Shown here piece after piece: positions 60,534 to 64,000 of a stretch of DNA of 64,000 nt; the stretch's first letter is position 1; every line of letters begins with the position of its first letter. Both the position numbers and the translations under genes were made by a program. The stretch comes from Pelomyxa schiedti (taxonomy: Eukaryota; Protista; Evosea), in the NCBI GenBank assembly GCA_020536535.1, contig JAHLWZ010000450.1, positions 1 through 64,000 of the forward strand. Reading direction: 5' to 3'. Under the pieces are notes generated by a model that made no database searches, was not told where the DNA came from, and saw only the letters and a program-made list of their open reading frames with translations.

Positions 60534-62117
60534 TCAATATTTATTTAACAGTGCTGACAAGGTTGTCAAAGCCACAATTTGTTGTAACAAACACTCCCAA
60601 GTGTTGTGTGGGTCAGATGAAGAAAGTCTACCACGGCAACAAACTTCCTTCAGATGTTTATGCCATTTGTTCATAGCTTCAGCTAGTTCTTGTTTGAGAA
60701 TACTTGGGGGACCAAAAAATTTAGCATCTGACCATGAATGCTCACACCAATAGTGAACAGAGGGTTGAGCTTTTGGCTAAACAAGGAGTATAAAGCTAAC
60801 ATGTTATTCCTAGTTGTGGTCCACCTTGAATGAATATCATCAGTCAACTTCTCACAATGTAACCACTCATAAGCAAAATTCAAGACAGACACTAAGTCAT
60901 TCAAAATATTTCTCAAAGATCTGTTTTGAACATCATTTGGCCTCCAGAGAACATAAACTTTTTGGCTCAACTCAGTTTGAACCCTGGTAGAAGCAGAATC
61001 CCAAAGATGGTCCAAACAATGAGATTCCATCACTGCTTTGGCTGTGTTTGCTTGAAAAGTTTTTTTTGGCCAATGAGAGGCACATGTGTTGATAGCAACC
61101 TTTAGAGTTGTGGCCAAAGCTTTATAGCCCTGAGACTTCAACCAGTCATAACAAGATAATAAAAGATTCAACATCACATTGGCAAAACAGTGCAAAGGGT
61201 CATACACCAACCTTTGCAATATTGGTTTAAGCAGAGAAAAAAGGCAATGTTGACATGTCTGCATGAGCACAGTGATTGGGCCCATATTACACCACTACAA
61301 CCACCATTGAATGGAGCATTTCTCTCTTGTCCAGCAATGTTTTCTTTTCTAGTGAAACATGCTTCTTCTCACAGACTGTGGCATCTGCATGGTTTAGGCC
61401 ACATCCTTGTGAAAGGTTTCATTGATGGTTGGCAACTGTGGGGAAAAAATCTCTTTGAGGATTGATGTCTTCATGAATTTCTTCAATGTCTGTTGCTGCA
61501 ACAGATGTAGTCTTCCCAACATCTCTTTGTGTAAGAAGAGCTTTATGTGGCAGCTTCTTTGCTGCACTTGCCTTGATGAGTGTGATGCAAAAATTACCCC
61601 AGCTGTCTGGAATCAAGTGGTTGTTGCTATCTCTCTTTTGATTTTGAAAGATTCTGACAACATATTGTGGAGACACAACACCCCACACATTCACTAATTG
61701 CCCCACAGTGAGAAAAACAAGGTCTGGGGGGTTCTGTCTCTCCACTTTCACCTCTTCCCACCACTTCACTCCACTTTTCGCCACACTGTGAACTGGTTTC
61801 TCCCCACTCCAACAGTACCCTTTTTTGGGGGTGTATAAGCACACCTCATCTTTTTCTTTCTTGTTCTTCTTTTCCTCAATCTTCATCCCCTCTTTTCTTT
61901 CCATTTTTTTGGCTTCAATTACTTCCTTCAATGCCACCACAAACTTTTCTCCTTTCTTCCATTTGACTTCCCCATTTTTGTTGAGACACAAAGATAAGAG
62001 GCGATCAAATTCTGAGGCAGCACACTTGGCTTCTCTCATTTTCGGTATCCAATTCATATCAGGTTTTGTATTGAAGTCAATACAGTGTTTAATGCTTTGG
62101 TACCATACTAAAATCAA
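60534..62117 (-). pseudogene. Decayed DDE transposase of Transib/RAG1/Chapaev type
   Basis: YDPLHC and FQANTAKAVM, then after a 1-nt frameshift near 60768 SVHYWCEH-x16-ELAEAMNK. In-frame stops upstream. AT-rich, CpG-poor and apparently intronless. Confidence 0.65.
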
Positions 62118-62555
62118 AATTAGTTGTTTTGGTAGTATCCGTTTCTTTTACCAGAAGATGTTGCTTGAGTTTCAGATGATGTGGTAGTGGATGAACTTTG
62201 TTCATTTGTGTTGCTTGAACAAGGATGCTCTTGGCATACAGACTCACTTGTATTATTAAAACAAGGAATCTCATCATTACAAATCTCCTGAGGCACATCA
62301 ACCTCCACCACCTGGCTCAAATTTAAAACAAAATTGGAAGAGTTTCATCATTGGAATCAGATCCAGCATTTTGAAGTGATGATACTGACTGGGTATGCCT
62401 GGATCGGTCACGAAGAGAATGGGAATGCTTGAGTCGCTTAGGTTTTGGAGGAGTTNNNNNNNNNNNNNNNNNNNNNNNNNNNNNNNNNNNNNNNNNNNNN
62501 NNNNNNNNNNNNNNNNNNNNNNNNNNNNNNNNNNNNNNNNNNNNNNNNNNNNNNN

Positions 62556-64000
62556 TCTGAGAAGCAAAAAGCACTCGAGCAGCAGGCAGCCACACTCAAT
62601 GCAGAGAAGCAGCAGGCACTTGAACAACAAGCAAGTGCACTGGATGTCGAAAAGCAAAGTGCCCTGCAGCAACAAGCAAGTGCACTGGGTGCTGAAAAAC
62701 AAGAAGCACTTGAGCAGCAGGCAGCCGCACTCAACACAGAGAAGCAGAATGCACTTGAACAGCAGGCGGCCACACTGAACACAGAAAAGCAGAATGCACT
62801 TGTACAGCAAAAAAATGCACTGGATGCTGAGAAGCAAACTGCCCTGCAACAGCAAGCAAGTGCACTGGGTGCTGAAAAACAAGAAGCACTGGAGCAGCAG
62901 GCAGCCACATTCAACACAGAGAAGCGGAATGCACTTGAGCAACAAGCAAGTGCACTGGATGTTGAAAAGCAAAGTGCCCTGCAGCAACAAGCAGCAGTAC
63001 TCGATGCAGAAAGGAAGGGTGCACTTGAGCAGCAGGCGGCTTCACTGAATGCAGAAAAGCAGAGTGCACTGGAGGCAGAGAGGCAGAGAGCCTCAGCTAG
63101 GTTGTGTGAACTGAAGGAGGACATGGAGAGGGCACTGGAGGCAGAGAAGCAGTCCAGCGCGGCACAACTGGCAGAGCTCAAAGCGTTCATGGAACAGCAA
63201 GCTAAAACACTCGAGGCAGACAAGCAGAGTGCACTTGCACAAGAGAAGCAGAACAGCTCGGACAGACTTGCAGAGTTAAAACAGGCCATGGAAAACCAGC
63301 TTGAAGCAGAAAAGAAGGCTAGCTCCAACAGGATGGCAGAGGCCAAAGAGGACATGGAGAGGGCACTCCACCTACAGCAGCAGCAACACCAACAGGAGCA
63401 GGAGCAGGCAATTGCAGCAACAACTGCACAGCTCCGGCTGGAGGCAGAAAGGGAAAGAGAAACACTGAGGAGGGCGCTGGAAGAAGAAGCTGCACAAGTG
63501 GAAAAGCAAAGGCACCTTGAATGTGAGCGATGTGAATCAGCCTATCAGCAAGAACTGGCCAGGCTTCATCAGCTTCTGCAAGAAAAGGAACAAGAGCTCA
63601 AAGATAAGCTCGAGGCAGAAAGACAGAGTTGGTCAACAAAGCTTGCTGACCTCAAGCGCGACATGGACAATTCACTTGAACAACAGGCTCTTGCTCTTAA
63701 CGCCGAAAAGAAAAGTGCACTCCAACAGCAAGAAGCTGTGCTCAATGCAGAGATGCAGAGTGCACTTGAGAAGCAAGCAGCATCACTCAACACAGAGAAG
63801 CAAAGTGCACTCGAGCAACAGGCAACTTTGCTTGATGCAGCAAAGCAGAATGCCCTCAACCAGCAAGAAACTGTGCTCAGTGCCGAAAAACAAAGTGCCC
63901 TTGAGCAACAAGCAGCTTCCCTTGAGGCCGAAAAGCAGACCATACTCAGGCAGCAAGAGGCTGCTATGTCAAAGCAATCAGAGCTCATTAAACATTGTGA
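62556..64000 (+). CDS. Partial coding fragment: diverged copy of the 15-aa repeat/coiled-coil block
   Basis: The first ~120 bp match 13483-13603. The rest parallels ~10100-11600 (QQQQHQQEQEQAIA..QLRLEAERERETLRR). The frame appears open to the window end. Confidence 0.75.

Overview
Gene-dense, intron-rich eukaryotic DNA with short, mostly GT-AG introns (mostly ~40-60 nt) and four 100-N scaffold gaps. An Entamoeba-type transmembrane kinase points to an amoebozoan, probably an archamoeba such as Pelomyxa (inference). Recognisable genes are: a Zn-ribbon + PARP-like ADP-ribosyltransferase, an ASCH protein, a ~10 kb NT-C2/coiled-coil/Dilute gene with a long 15-aa (45-bp) repeat array, a cathepsin L-like protease, ankyrin proteins, an FHA-2xCUE protein with an unassigned C-terminal domain, a ~25x IPT/TIG receptor kinase, an ankyrin/F-box protein, a divergent Rab, SGT1, a GH29 alpha-L-fucosidase, an SPR-rich HAT/TPR protein, a Pho80-like cyclin, an RNF14-like RBR ligase and an SLC43-like MFS transporter. 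Mobile DNA comprises an internally deleted Ty3/Gypsy LTR element and a decayed DDE transposase. Orphan copies of the 45-bp array flank gaps at both window ends. The two strongest observations are: (1) the last exons of the convergent RBR and MFS genes lie on the wrong strands, in a ~950-bp segment bounded by an A13 and a T17 tract; (2) the decayed transposase keeps RAG1/Transib-type motifs with RAG1-like spacing. All domain calls come from manual motif recognition; no database searches were run, and exon boundaries are approximate.
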